Assembly (NCBI GenBank): GCA_963743205.1
Contig: CAVUOW010000004.1
Location: forward strand, 422,978-486,977
Source: Candidatus Aminicenantes bacterium
Lineage (GTDB): Bacteria > Acidobacteriota > Aminicenantia > Aminicenantales > Saccharicenantaceae
DNA length: 64,000 bases
Reading direction: 5' to 3'
This document shows, piece after piece, positions 9,083 through 18,430 of the stretch. The notes under the pieces are model-generated. The model worked only from the letters and a program-made list of their open reading frames with translations, was not told the origin of the DNA and searched no databases. Both the position numbers and the translations under genes were made by a program. Numbering within the stretch: the stretch's first letter is position 1; each line of letters begins with the position of its first letter.

Positions 9083-11101
9083 ATGGGACGCCAAAAGGAT
9101 TCCGGCTCAATCCGCATCGGGGTGGATACCGGCGGGACGTTTACGGACTTTGTCATCCGGCGGGACGGCCGGCTCGTCAACAGGAAAGTCCTTTCGACTC
9201 CGCAGGACCCGTCGCTGGCCATCTTCGAAGGCGTCCGCGATATCCTGGAGGACTCCCCCGCCGCATTCATCGTCCACGGCACGACCGTGGCCACCAATGC
9301 CCTCCTCCAGCGCAAAGGCGGCCGCATCGCCCTGATCACGACAGCGGGATTCGAGGACGTCCTGGCCATCGGCCGGCAGACCCGTCGGAATCTTTATGCG
9401 CTTCAACCCGAAAGCCGGTTCGAGCTTATCCCGGCCGCTCTCAGATTCGGGCTGAAGGAAAGGACCCTGGCCTCCGGGCGCGTGGAGCAGCCGGTCGGCC
9501 GGGCCGAGGTCCGTCGGATCGTCCGGAAGATAAAAAAAACGGGCGCCGAGGCGGTTGCCGTTTGTCTCCTCCATTCCTACGCCAATCCCAAGAACGAGGA
9601 GATCGTGGCGCGGGAGCTCGAACGGTCGGGCCTCCTCTTCACCATCTCGAACCGGCTCCTGCCCGAGCATCGCGAGTTCGAGCGGACTTCGACGACGGCC
9701 GTCAACGCTTATCTCATGCCGGTCATGGACCGCTATCTCGGCGAGCTTGACCGCCGCCTCGGCCGGGCCGACCTGCGCATCATGCAATCGAACGAAGGCT
9801 ACATTTCCACCCCCCGGGCCCGGGTCGAGCCGATCCGGACAGCCCTTTCGGGACCGGCCGGAGGGGTCGTCGGGGCCCGCATTCTGGCCAAGGCGGCCGG
9901 CTTCCCCAACGTGGTCAGTTTCGACATGGGCGGCACCTCGACCGACGTGTCCCTCATCGAAGGGGGCATTCGGCGGACGCACGAGAGCCGGGTCGGCGAC
10001 TTCCCCATTCGGCTGCCCATCATCGACATCCACTCGGTCGGAGCGGGAGGCGGCTCCATCGCCCACGTCGATCGCGGCGGCTCGCTTCGGGTCGGACCTC
10101 AGAGCGCGGGCGCCGATCCCGGGCCGGCCTGCTACGGCAAAGGCGAGCTCCCGACCGTTACCGACGCCAACCTCTGCCTCGGCCGCCTGGACCCGGATTT
10201 CTTCCTGGGCGGCAAAATGAGGATCTTTTCCGAACGGAGCCTTGATGCCGTATCCCGGCTGGGCCGGGAGATCGGGAAGTCGGCGATCGAGACGGCCCTC
10301 GGCATCGTGGCCATCGCCAACGCCAACATGGAGAAGGCCATCCGGGTCATCTCTGTCGAGCGAGGCATCGATCCGCGCTCTTTCGCCCTCTTCTCTTTCG
10401 GCGGGGCCGGCGGCATGCATGCGGTCGAGATGGCCGCCCACTTGGGCATGCCCACGGTCCTCGTGCCGCGCAACGCCGGGGTCCTCTCGGCCTTCGGCCT
10501 GCTCGTGTCGGACCCGGTCAAGGATTATGCCAAATCCCTCATGAGAACGGAGGCCCAGATCAGCTTATCCCAGCTCGAATCGGAATTCCGGAAGCTCGAA
10601 GAGAGAGCGCGCCGGGACATGGCCGAAGACGGCCTGGCATCAGCTATCGTTCTCGAACGTTCGCTCGATTGCCGCTACGCCGGGCAGTCCTACGAGATCG
10701 ATGTCCCATACCGGAAAGCACGGACTCTCGGGCAGGCCTTCCTCGAAAGCTTCCACCGGCTCCACAAGCGCCTCTATTCTTACCGGCACGACCGCCGGCC
10801 GGTCGAGATCGTCAATCTCCGGATCAAGGCCGTGGCCGTGACCCCGAAGATCCCTCTCCGGCGCGAGCCGAGGGCCGCATCGTTGGACCCCCGGGCGCTC
10901 GTCAAGACACAGGCGATCCACTCCGGTCGGACCGTCCGCGAAGGGTCGGTCTACGACAGGTCAAAGCTTAGGCCAGGCAATGTCCTCCCGGGGCCGGCCC
11001 TCATCATCGACCCGGAATCGACGGCCTTCCTGCCTCCGGGCTACAGAGCCGCCGTCGACCCCTATCTCAATCTCGTTATCCGCAAGGCGGGCTCCCGATG
11101 A
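9083..11101 (+). CDS. Hydantoinase/oxoprolinase A subunit (ATP-dependent)
   Basis: DTGGTFTD, HGTTVATNA, SGPAGG, DMGGTSTD, GAGGGS, SAGADPGPACY. Confidence 0.93.
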   Translation: MGRQKDSGSIRIGVDTGGTFTDFVIRRDGRLVNRKVLSTPQDPSLAIFEGVRDILEDSPAAFIVHGTTVATNALLQRKGGRIALITTAGFEDVLAIGRQTRRNLYALQPESRFELIPAALRFGLKERTLASGRVEQPVGRAEVRRIVRKIKKTGAEAVAVCLLHSYANPKNEEIVARELERSGLLFTISNRLLPEHREFERTSTTAVNAYLMPVMDRYLGELDRRLGRADLRIMQSNEGYISTPRARVEPIRTALSGPAGGVVGARILAKAAGFPNVVSFDMGGTSTDVSLIEGGIRRTHESRVGDFPIRLPIIDIHSVGAGGGSIAHVDRGGSLRVGPQSAGADPGPACYGKGELPTVTDANLCLGRLDPDFFLGGKMRIFSERSLDAVSRLGREIGKSAIETALGIVAIANANMEKAIRVISVERGIDPRSFALFSFGGAGGMHAVEMAAHLGMPTVLVPRNAGVLSAFGLLVSDPVKDYAKSLMRTEAQISLSQLESEFRKLEERARRDMAEDGLASAIVLERSLDCRYAGQSYEIDVPYRKARTLGQAFLESFHRLHKRLYSYRHDRRPVEIVNLRIKAVAVTPKIPLRREPRAASLDPRALVKTQAIHSGRTVREGSVYDRSKLRPGNVLPGPALIIDPESTAFLPPGYRAAVDPYLNLVIRKAGSR

Positions 11102-12666
11102 AGAAGGTCGACCCGATCGAGCTCGAGCTCTTCAAGAACGTCTTCGTGGCCATTTCCGAGGAGATGGCCGCCGTCCTCGGCCGGACCGCCCTTTCGCCCA
11201 ACATCAAGGAGCGCAAGGACTTTTCCTGCGCCCTCTTCAACCGGGACGGCGGGACATTGGCCCAGGGCTCGCACATCCCCGTCCACCTCGGGGCCATGCC
11301 CCTCTCCGTCCGGGCCGCGCTCGACTCCGTCACCTTCGAAAAGGGCGACCTGGTCATCCTCAACGACCCCTATCGGGGCGGGACTCACCTGCCCGACATC
11401 ACCTGCATCTCGCCCATCTTCCTTGGCGGCCGGCTGGCCTTTTTCGTGGCCAACCGGGCCCATCATTCCGATGTCGGCGGCATGACCCCGGGATCCATGC
11501 CTCTGGCGACCGAGCTCTTCCAGGAAGGCCTGATCATCCCGCCTCTCAAGCTCTATTCGCGCGGCCGGCTGAACAAGGACGTCTTTGACCTCCTTCTGGC
11601 CAATGTCAGGACCCCGGACGAGCGTCGCGGCGACCTCCTGGCCCAGGTCGCGGCCAACGAGATCGGCCGGGCCAGGCTCGAGGAGGCGGTCGGCCGCTTC
11701 GGCGCCGGAAAAGTCCGCCTCTACGCCGGACTCATCCAGGACTATTCGGAAAAGTTCTTGCGCCAGACGCTCCGCGAGGTCCCCGACGGCGAATATGCGT
11801 TCGCCGACCAGCTCGACGATGACGGCATCTCGGACCGGCCGATCCGGATCGCGGTCCGTATCACGGTCCGGGGCGATCGGGCGGTCGTCGACTTCGCCGG
11901 CTCCGCGCCGCAAACGTCGGGCGGGGTCAACGCCAATTTCGCCGTCACGTGCTCGGCCGTGCTCTACGTTTTCCGCTCTCTCGTCGAGGAGGACATCCCC
12001 TTCAATACCGGCCTGATGCGGCCGCTCGAGATCCGTGCGCCCAAGGGCTCCATCGTCAACGCCGAATTCCCGGCCGCCTGCGCCGGAGGCAACGTCGAAA
12101 CCTCCCAGCGCATCGTCGACGTCCTGCTCGGCGCCCTGGCCAAGGCCCTCCCCGGCCGCATTCCCGCCGCCAGCCAGGGGACGATGAACAACATCGCCTT
12201 CGGCGGCTACGACCCCGAAAAGAAAAGGCATTTCGCCTACTACGAGACGATCGGCGGCGGCATGGGCGCGGGCTCGGAAGCCGCAGGGCTCGACGGCGTC
12301 CATACCCACATGACCAACTCGCTCAACACACCGGTCGAAGCCCTCGAGAACACCCTGCCGCTCAAGATCCGATCCTACCGTCTGAGAAAAGGGTCGGGCG
12401 GCCGCGGGGCCCGGCCGGGCGGCGAGGGCATCCTCCGCGAGTACGAGTTCCGGGTGCCGGTCGACTTGACCGTCATCTCCGAGAGACGTCGTTTCTCCCC
12501 TTATGGCCAGCAAGGCGGCGGCCCCGGAGCGAAGGGCCGGAACACGATCATTTCTCAGGGCCGGACAAAGGTCGTCGGCTCGAAGGTCCACGTCAAGCTC
12601 GGGCCCGGCGATCGTCTCAGGATCGAGACGCCGGGCGGCGGCGGCCACGGCAAACCCCGCCGCTAA
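11098..12666 (+). CDS. Hydantoinase B / oxoprolinase subunit
   Basis: SPNIKERKDFSCA, HIPVHLG, NDPYRGGTHLPD, HHSDVGG, ETPGGGG; ATGA-coupled to subunit A. Confidence 0.93.
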   Translation: MKKVDPIELELFKNVFVAISEEMAAVLGRTALSPNIKERKDFSCALFNRDGGTLAQGSHIPVHLGAMPLSVRAALDSVTFEKGDLVILNDPYRGGTHLPDITCISPIFLGGRLAFFVANRAHHSDVGGMTPGSMPLATELFQEGLIIPPLKLYSRGRLNKDVFDLLLANVRTPDERRGDLLAQVAANEIGRARLEEAVGRFGAGKVRLYAGLIQDYSEKFLRQTLREVPDGEYAFADQLDDDGISDRPIRIAVRITVRGDRAVVDFAGSAPQTSGGVNANFAVTCSAVLYVFRSLVEEDIPFNTGLMRPLEIRAPKGSIVNAEFPAACAGGNVETSQRIVDVLLGALAKALPGRIPAASQGTMNNIAFGGYDPEKKRHFAYYETIGGGMGAGSEAAGLDGVHTHMTNSLNTPVEALENTLPLKIRSYRLRKGSGGRGARPGGEGILREYEFRVPVDLTVISERRRFSPYGQQGGGPGAKGRNTIISQGRTKVVGSKVHVKLGPGDRLRIETPGGGGHGKPRR

Positions 12667-12770
12667 GGAACTCCTTTCGCCGCGCTTTGACTCGACCGGC
12701 ATTCATTTGCTATACCAGGGCTGGCCGTCTCCCCGGGTCCGTCCGGAAAATCGCGCCAAGGAGGCCTTCG

Positions 12771-13880
12771 ATGAGATCCCGAGCCCTCGCCGTCCTGTCC
12801 TTCTTTCTCGTGACCCTCGTTCTGGCCGTCGCGCCCGCCTGCTCGGGCGGCGCGGCCGAATCGTCACTGGCGATGCCCGTGCGCGGCGTCTGGATGCATC
12901 CCGGCTTCTTCGGCCCCGATAAGGACGCGGCCGTCGAAAAGATGCGGACGACCCTCGATGAATATGCCAAGGCGGGCATCAATACGCTGATCATGCTGGT
13001 GAAGAACACCTCGGGACACGTCTACTACGCGAGCGAGATCGGCGTTCGCGACGCGGCCTACAACTGGGACTTCTTCGGGACCTTCCTCGCCGAGGCGAAA
13101 AAAAGAAAGATGGAGGTCCACCCCTGGTTCTGCGTCTTCCCCGAATCCTCCATCCTGGGCCAGGTCCGCGAGCATCCCGAATGGCTGATCACGTCCCCCA
13201 AGCGGGAGATGGTCGCCGCCGTCAATCCCGCCCTTCCGGCTGCTCGGGCCTATGAGATCAGCCTGATGCTCGAAGTCGTCCTTAAATATGACGTCGGCTG
13301 GGTCCACCTCGATTATATCCGCTACCCCTGTGAGCCGACCGAGCCGTTCTTCAGCTTCGACGCGGAGACCCTCAAGCTGTTCAATGCGGACACGGGCATC
13401 GACATGGCCGCCGTCAAGGCCCGGGACACCGGCAACCCGGCCTGGAACGTGTGGCTCCGCTGGAACACGGACCGGGTCACCGTCTTCATCCGGGAGCTCA
13501 GGGACGCGCTCAAGACGACGGGCCGCAAGGTCAAGATCAGCGCCGCCGTCTTCCCGGATGCCGTCAACGCCCGGGTCATGATCGGCCAGGATTGGGCCGA
13601 GTGGGGCCGCGAAGGTCTGGTCGACATGCTTAACCCGATGATCTACACGAACGACGGCAAGCTCTACGAGACGCTCACGCGCGAAGCGGTCGGCTTCGGC
13701 AAAGGGAAGACGCTCGTCTGCCCCGGGATCGGCATCGGCACCTCGCACAATCAGAACACGCCCGAGGGGATGATCGAACAGATGCGGACGAGCAAGGCCC
13801 TCAAGGCCGACGGCGTGGTTTATTTCTCCTCGAACAGTCTCAAGCAGCCCTTCCTCGACGCGCTGAAGGCCCGGAAATAG
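12771..13880 (+). CDS. Secreted/lipoprotein glycosyl hydrolase-like 10 (DUF187) family protein
   Basis: Signal peptide ending APAC; VRGVW, VHLDYIRYP, ISAAVF, GQDW..W, PMIY; AAGGAGG SD. Confidence 0.8.
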   Translation: MRSRALAVLSFFLVTLVLAVAPACSGGAAESSLAMPVRGVWMHPGFFGPDKDAAVEKMRTTLDEYAKAGINTLIMLVKNTSGHVYYASEIGVRDAAYNWDFFGTFLAEAKKRKMEVHPWFCVFPESSILGQVREHPEWLITSPKREMVAAVNPALPAARAYEISLMLEVVLKYDVGWVHLDYIRYPCEPTEPFFSFDAETLKLFNADTGIDMAAVKARDTGNPAWNVWLRWNTDRVTVFIRELRDALKTTGRKVKISAAVFPDAVNARVMIGQDWAEWGREGLVDMLNPMIYTNDGKLYETLTREAVGFGKGKTLVCPGIGIGTSHNQNTPEGMIEQMRTSKALKADGVVYFSSNSLKQPFLDALKARK

Positions 13881-13885
13881 GCCGC

Positions 13886-14362
13886 CTAGATCTTCTTGAG
13901 CTTGTCCTTTTCGATGAGCAGCATGCCCTGGTAGGAGACGTAGTTCAGGAGGATCATCACCCGCTCGCTGTCGCCGACCTCTTTGCGGAAGATGCCCTTG
14001 AGGCCCTTGAGCGGGCCCTCGACGACTTCGATCTCGTCCCCGACCGCCGGTTCCTGGCCGTATCTCTCGAAGACGACGAGCCCGTCCCGCTCCCGGGACT
14101 TGATGCCCTCGACGATCTCGGTCGGGATGGGCGTGGGGCCGGCGTCGTTACCGACGACGCGCTTGACGCCGCGGGTGTACTTGACCATCTGGAACTGGTC
14201 CGGGAATTCGAACTGGAGAAACGCATAGCCCGGGAAAAAGGGGACGATCCGCTTCTCCCGGACGTACTTGGGGCAATAGATCGTGAAGCCGCCCTCGGTG
14301 AACAGGCGCTCGACCTGGTTTTCCTTCTTGGGCCTCGTATTGACGACGTACCAGCGCGGCAT
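13886..14362 (-). CDS. NusG-family specialised antiterminator (RfaH/UpxY-like)
   Basis: WYVVNTRPKKE, PFFPGYAF, TRGVKRVVG in the NGN domain; KOW domain GDEIEVVEGPLKG; 158 aa; ATG overlaps the upstream stop. Confidence 0.88.
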   Translation of the reverse strand: MPRWYVVNTRPKKENQVERLFTEGGFTIYCPKYVREKRIVPFFPGYAFLQFEFPDQFQMVKYTRGVKRVVGNDAGPTPIPTEIVEGIKSRERDGLVVFERYGQEPAVGDEIEVVEGPLKGLKGIFRKEVGDSERVMILLNYVSYQGMLLIEKDKLKKI

Positions 14363-15204
14363 CAGCGGTCCTTCCGGCCGGCGCCGCTGAGTCCCATCGC
14401 CCCGTAGACCCCGGGCCTGCGGTCCCCAAGAAAATGGCGCGCGGCGTGGGAGGCCGCGTTCTTGGCGAAATCGCAATCGGCATAGAGGATCCGGTCGAGA
14501 CCGCCCGGCGCCCGGGCGATGACCCGGCCGTCGGGGTCGACGACGAAGGATTCGCCGGCGAACTCGAGTCCCTCTTCGCGCCCGACCCGGTTGACGAGGG
14601 CGGCATAGTAGCCGTTCTGGAAGGCGGCCACCTGGAGCTCGGCTTCGAAGATCCCTTCGGTCCACTCCCCCGCCGTCCCGGCTTGGGGCACGACAACGAG
14701 CTCGGCGCCGGCCAGGCGCAGACCCCTCATATATTCGGGGAAATGACGGTCGTAGCAGATGGCCACGCCGATTTGGCCGGCCGCCGTGGAAAAGACGAAT
14801 CTCTCCCGGTCGCCGGGCGCGTAATAGCCGCGTTCGTGGAACCCGGGGCCTTCCATGATGTGGACCATGCGGGTGACGCCGAGGATCGTCCCGTCGGCAT
14901 CGATGACCGGCGAAGAATCGTAGGTCCGGTCCCCGGCGCGCTCGAAGAGGTTGAGCACCGCGACCGTCCCCGTTTCGCGCGCCAGGCCGCAGAAAAGATC
15001 GGTGGTCGGGCCGGGGATCGTCTCGGCGAGAGCCGGGCTGTCGGCCGTTGCCGGGGCCTGGGGATAGAAGCGGGTAAAGGCCAGTTCGGCGAAGGCGACA
15101 AGGTCGGCCCCATTCCGGGCTGCCTCAAGAAAGGCGGCTTCGCCCCGGGCCCTGTTCCCCGCGGGGTCGCCCGTGGCTTGCTGCTGGACGAGCGCGATCC
15201 TCAA
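14362..15204 (-). CDS. Carbon-nitrogen hydrolase (nitrilase superfamily, beta-ureidopropionase / N-carbamoylputrescine amidase-like)
   Basis: MRIALVQ, FAEL, ICYDRHFPE, NRVGRE, FAGESFVVDP; TTG start overlaps the pepP stop. Confidence 0.88.
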   Translation of the reverse strand: MRIALVQQQATGDPAGNRARGEAAFLEAARNGADLVAFAELAFTRFYPQAPATADSPALAETIPGPTTDLFCGLARETGTVAVLNLFERAGDRTYDSSPVIDADGTILGVTRMVHIMEGPGFHERGYYAPGDRERFVFSTAAGQIGVAICYDRHFPEYMRGLRLAGAELVVVPQAGTAGEWTEGIFEAELQVAAFQNGYYAALVNRVGREEGLEFAGESFVVDPDGRVIARAPGGLDRILYADCDFAKNAASHAARHFLGDRRPGVYGAMGLSGAGRKDR

Positions 15205-16589
15205 GCCCGGCAGGCCTTTTCGACCTCGGCGACGGTCTTGGGGATGGGCGGCCCGAGGACCTTGTGGCCCTTCTCCGTGACCAGGACGTCGTCCTCGATC
15301 CGGGCCCCGCCGAAGTCGAGGAACTTCTCGACGGCGTCATAGACGATGAATTCCCGATGCTTCTTTTCCTTCCGCCACAGATCGAACAGGGCGGGGATGA
15401 AATAGATCCCCGGTTCGACGGTCATGACGTGGCCGGGCCGCAGAACGCGGGCCATGCGCAGGTAGGCCAGCCCGAACTGGGAACTGCGCTCGACCTTCTC
15501 GCCGTAGCCGACATTGTTCTCGCCGTAATCCTCCATGTCGTGGACGTCGAGGCCGATGTTGTGGCCGAGGCCGTGGGGGAAGAAGAGGGCGTGGGCGCCG
15601 GCCGCGACGGCCTCGGCGGTGTCGCCCTTCATCAGTCCGAGATCCTTCAGGCCGTCGGTCATGACCCGGGCCGTCTGGAGATGGATGTCCTTGAAGTTGA
15701 CGCCGGGCTTGACGGACTTGATGGCCGACTGCTGTCCGGCCAGGACGATCTCATAGATGGCCTTCTGCCGGGCGTTGAAACGGCCGCCGACGGGCACGGA
15801 CCGGGTGATGTCGGAGGCGTAGCCGCTCGGGGCTTCCGCGCCGCAGTCGCAGACCAGGAGCCGGCCCCGGGCGAGCAGGTTGTCGTGGGAATGCATGTGG
15901 AAGATCTGGCCGTTGACGGTGACGATGGGCGGGAACGCCAGATGCATGCCGTAGGCCAGGGCGATCCCCTCCATGACGCCGGAGACCTGGTATTCGTAGC
16001 GGCCGGGCTTGGCCGATTTCATGGCGGCCAGGTACATTTCCCGGCTGATGGCCACGGCCGACTCGATCTCCCGGATCTCCTCCTTGGACTTGATGATCCG
16101 CTGGTCGACCGAGGCCTTGATGAAGGCCGGCGAGGCCTTGGCTTTGAGGTCCTTGATCGGGATGCCGAGAAGATCGCTCAGAACGATGGCTTTGTCGGAC
16201 CGGTATGGCGGGAGATAATGGACGGGACGGCCATCGGCCAGCGCCTGGCGCACGGTCTCGCCGAACGCCGCCCGAGGCGCGCTGCGGCGGACGCCGACTT
16301 CCAGGGCCCTGTCCTTGATCTTGGGCAGTTCGCCCTCCCAGATGATGTCCTCGATGCCGATGTCGTCGCCGTAGAGGGTGTCCGTGTCCGCATCCGCGTC
16401 GACGATCGCGGCCAGCCCCGGCGATGAGAGGCCGAAGAAATACAGGAACGAGCTGTCCTGACGATAGTGGAATGTATTGGCCGTGTAGTTCATCGGGCTC
16501 TCTTCGTTCGCCAGGAATAGCATCAGGCCCGACCCCACGGACTTTCTCAGGAGCTTTCGTCTTTCGATGTACGTCGCGGCTTTGAACAT
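15201..16589 (-). CDS. pepP: Xaa-Pro aminopeptidase (aminopeptidase P, M24B)
   Basis: RQDSSFLYFFG, YASDITR, HGLGHNIGLDVHD, TVEPGIYF, RIEDDVL. Confidence 0.92.
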   Translation of the reverse strand: MFKAATYIERRKLLRKSVGSGLMLFLANEESPMNYTANTFHYRQDSSFLYFFGLSSPGLAAIVDADADTDTLYGDDIGIEDIIWEGELPKIKDRALEVGVRRSAPRAAFGETVRQALADGRPVHYLPPYRSDKAIVLSDLLGIPIKDLKAKASPAFIKASVDQRIIKSKEEIREIESAVAISREMYLAAMKSAKPGRYEYQVSGVMEGIALAYGMHLAFPPIVTVNGQIFHMHSHDNLLARGRLLVCDCGAEAPSGYASDITRSVPVGGRFNARQKAIYEIVLAGQQSAIKSVKPGVNFKDIHLQTARVMTDGLKDLGLMKGDTAEAVAAGAHALFFPHGLGHNIGLDVHDMEDYGENNVGYGEKVERSSQFGLAYLRMARVLRPGHVMTVEPGIYFIPALFDLWRKEKKHREFIVYDAVEKFLDFGGARIEDDVLVTEKGHKVLGPPIPKTVAEVEKACRA

Positions 16590-16646
16590 GTCGTCCTCCT
16601 AATATCGGCTTCCCGTGATTTTATCACAGTTTGGCTCCGATTGGGA

Positions 16647-16675
16647 TTGAAACCCCAGGGACGTGATGTTATGAT
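16647..16675 (+). promoter_or_regulatory. Putative sigma70 promoter of purF
   Basis: TTGAAA-17 bp-(TGn)TATGAT. Confidence 0.6.
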
Positions 16676-16702
16676 GCGCCAATATTCGCTAGGAGGACGG
16701 CC

Positions 16703-18109
16703 ATGGGCGGTCTATTCGGAGTCGTCGGCAAGGACGATATCGTCGAGGACCTTTATTACGGCACGGATTACCACTCCCACCTGGGCACCAAGCGCGGCGG
16801 CCTGGCCGCCGGCAACGGCGCGAGCATCGTCCGCTACATCCACAACATCGAGAACGCCCAATTCCGCTCGAAATTCGGCGACGACGTCGGCAAGCTCCAC
16901 GGCTCGCGGGGCATCGGCGTCATCAGCGATTACGAGGACCAGCCCCTCCTCATCCGGTCCCACCTCGGACACTATGCGATCGCCACGGTGGGCGTTATCA
17001 AGAACATCGAAGATCTCGTCGATCGGGCCTTCCGCGGCAAGTGTCTCCATTTCTCGGAGATGCGCGGCGGCGAGATCAATCCGACGGAGCTTATCGCGGC
17101 CATGATCAACCGGGAGGACACTTTCGAGGACGGCATCCGGGCTGTCTGGGAATTCATCGAAGGGTCCTCGTCCATCCTCATCCTGACCGACGGGGCCGTC
17201 CTGGCTGCCCGGGACAAGTTCGGCCGGACGCCCATCGTCCTGGGGAAAAAGCCGGGGTCGTTCGCCGCGTCCATGGAAACGTGCGCTTTCCCCAATCTCG
17301 GCTACGAGATCGACCGGTATCTCGGCCCGGGCGAGATCGTCCGCATCACGCCGGAGGGGGCCGAAACGCTCGTCCCTCCTGCCAAGAAGCTCCAGATCTG
17401 CTCTTTCCTCTGGGTCTACTACGGTTATCCCGCCTCGAGCTACGAGGGGATCAACGTGGAGACCGTGCGCAACCGTTGCGGGGCGCTCCTGGCCCGGAAC
17501 GACAACGTCAAGATCGATCTCGTCGCCGGCATCCCGGATTCCGGCATCGGCCATGGGCTCGGCTATGCGGCCGAAGCCGGGCTCCCCTTCCGGCGTCCCT
17601 TCGTCAAGTACACGCCGACCTGGGCCCGGAGCTTCATGCCCCAGCACCAGGACATCCGCGACCAGGTGGCCCGGATGAAGCTCATCCCCATCCGCGAGAT
17701 CATCCAGGGGCACAAGCTCCTGTTCTGCGAGGATTCGATCGTCCGCGGCACCCAGCTCAAGGACACGATCCAGCGCCTCTATGAATCCGGCGCGGTCGAG
17801 GTCCATATGCGGCCGGCCTGCCCGCCGCTCACCTTCGGCTGCAAGTACCTGAACTTCTCCCGGTCGCGCTCCGAGCTCGATCTGGCCGCCCGCCGGGCCA
17901 TTGCGGCGCTCGAAGGGCCGGAATTCCGCGATTTCGATGCCTATGTCCGTTCAGGCACGAAAAAGCACGACGCCATGGTCGGCTGGATCTCGCAAACGCT
18001 CGGATTGACAACGCTCCGCTATCAAAGGTTGGAGGACCTGGTCACCGCGATCGGCTTGCCCAAGGAAAAGCTCTGCACGTTCTGCTGGGACGGCGTGGGA
18101 ACGAATTAG
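16703..18109 (+). CDS. purF: Amidophosphoribosyltransferase, Fe-S type, N-terminal Cys replaced by Gly
   Basis: ARDKFGRTP, GIPDSG, EDSIVRGT PRPP motif, four Fe-S Cys including C-terminal CTFC. Confidence 0.9.
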   Translation: MGGLFGVVGKDDIVEDLYYGTDYHSHLGTKRGGLAAGNGASIVRYIHNIENAQFRSKFGDDVGKLHGSRGIGVISDYEDQPLLIRSHLGHYAIATVGVIKNIEDLVDRAFRGKCLHFSEMRGGEINPTELIAAMINREDTFEDGIRAVWEFIEGSSSILILTDGAVLAARDKFGRTPIVLGKKPGSFAASMETCAFPNLGYEIDRYLGPGEIVRITPEGAETLVPPAKKLQICSFLWVYYGYPASSYEGINVETVRNRCGALLARNDNVKIDLVAGIPDSGIGHGLGYAAEAGLPFRRPFVKYTPTWARSFMPQHQDIRDQVARMKLIPIREIIQGHKLLFCEDSIVRGTQLKDTIQRLYESGAVEVHMRPACPPLTFGCKYLNFSRSRSELDLAARRAIAALEGPEFRDFDAYVRSGTKKHDAMVGWISQTLGLTTLRYQRLEDLVTAIGLPKEKLCTFCWDGVGTN

Positions 18110-18183
18110 CCCGCGGACTTCAGGCCGGCGACCCTCGTGCTCATTGATGACTCTGATCAGGCGGGATCGGAAAGCCGCAAGAT

Positions 18184-18207
18184 AAAAAACGAGGCCAAAG
18201 CCTCGTT
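18184..18207 (-). terminator. Intrinsic terminator downstream of tRNA-fMet
   Basis: 8-bp stem AACGAGGC/GCCTCGTT with a 4-nt loop, running into a U-tract on the minus strand. Confidence 0.7.
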
Positions 18208-18233
18208 CATATAGGGAAAACGCTGATCTCGGA

Positions 18234-18310
<77 letters not shown>

Positions 18311-18321
18311 GTACAGGCGTC

Positions 18322-18349
18322 ATTATATCAAATCGGCCTGCGTTGTCAA
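18322..18349 (-). promoter_or_regulatory. Consensus sigma70 promoter of tRNA-fMet
   Basis: TTGACA-16 bp-TATAAT on the minus strand. Confidence 0.8.
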
Positions 18350-18355
18350 CGCTTC

Positions 18356-18384
18356 TTGAACCGCGGCCCCGAATTCACTATAAT
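18356..18384 (+). promoter_or_regulatory. Divergent sigma70 promoter of ychF
   Basis: TTGAAC-17 bp-TATAAT, back-to-back with the tRNA promoter. Confidence 0.65.
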
Positions 18385-18430
18385 ATCTTTTTATTTCTTC
18401 GTCCGGTCAATCCCCCGAAGGAAAACGAAC

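Noticed and set aside
16613-16630. TGTGATAAAATCACG dyad resembling a Crp/Rex site upstream of pepP
   Set aside because: Half-site spacing does not match, and it is explained as an extended -10 (TGnTAAAAT) for pepP.
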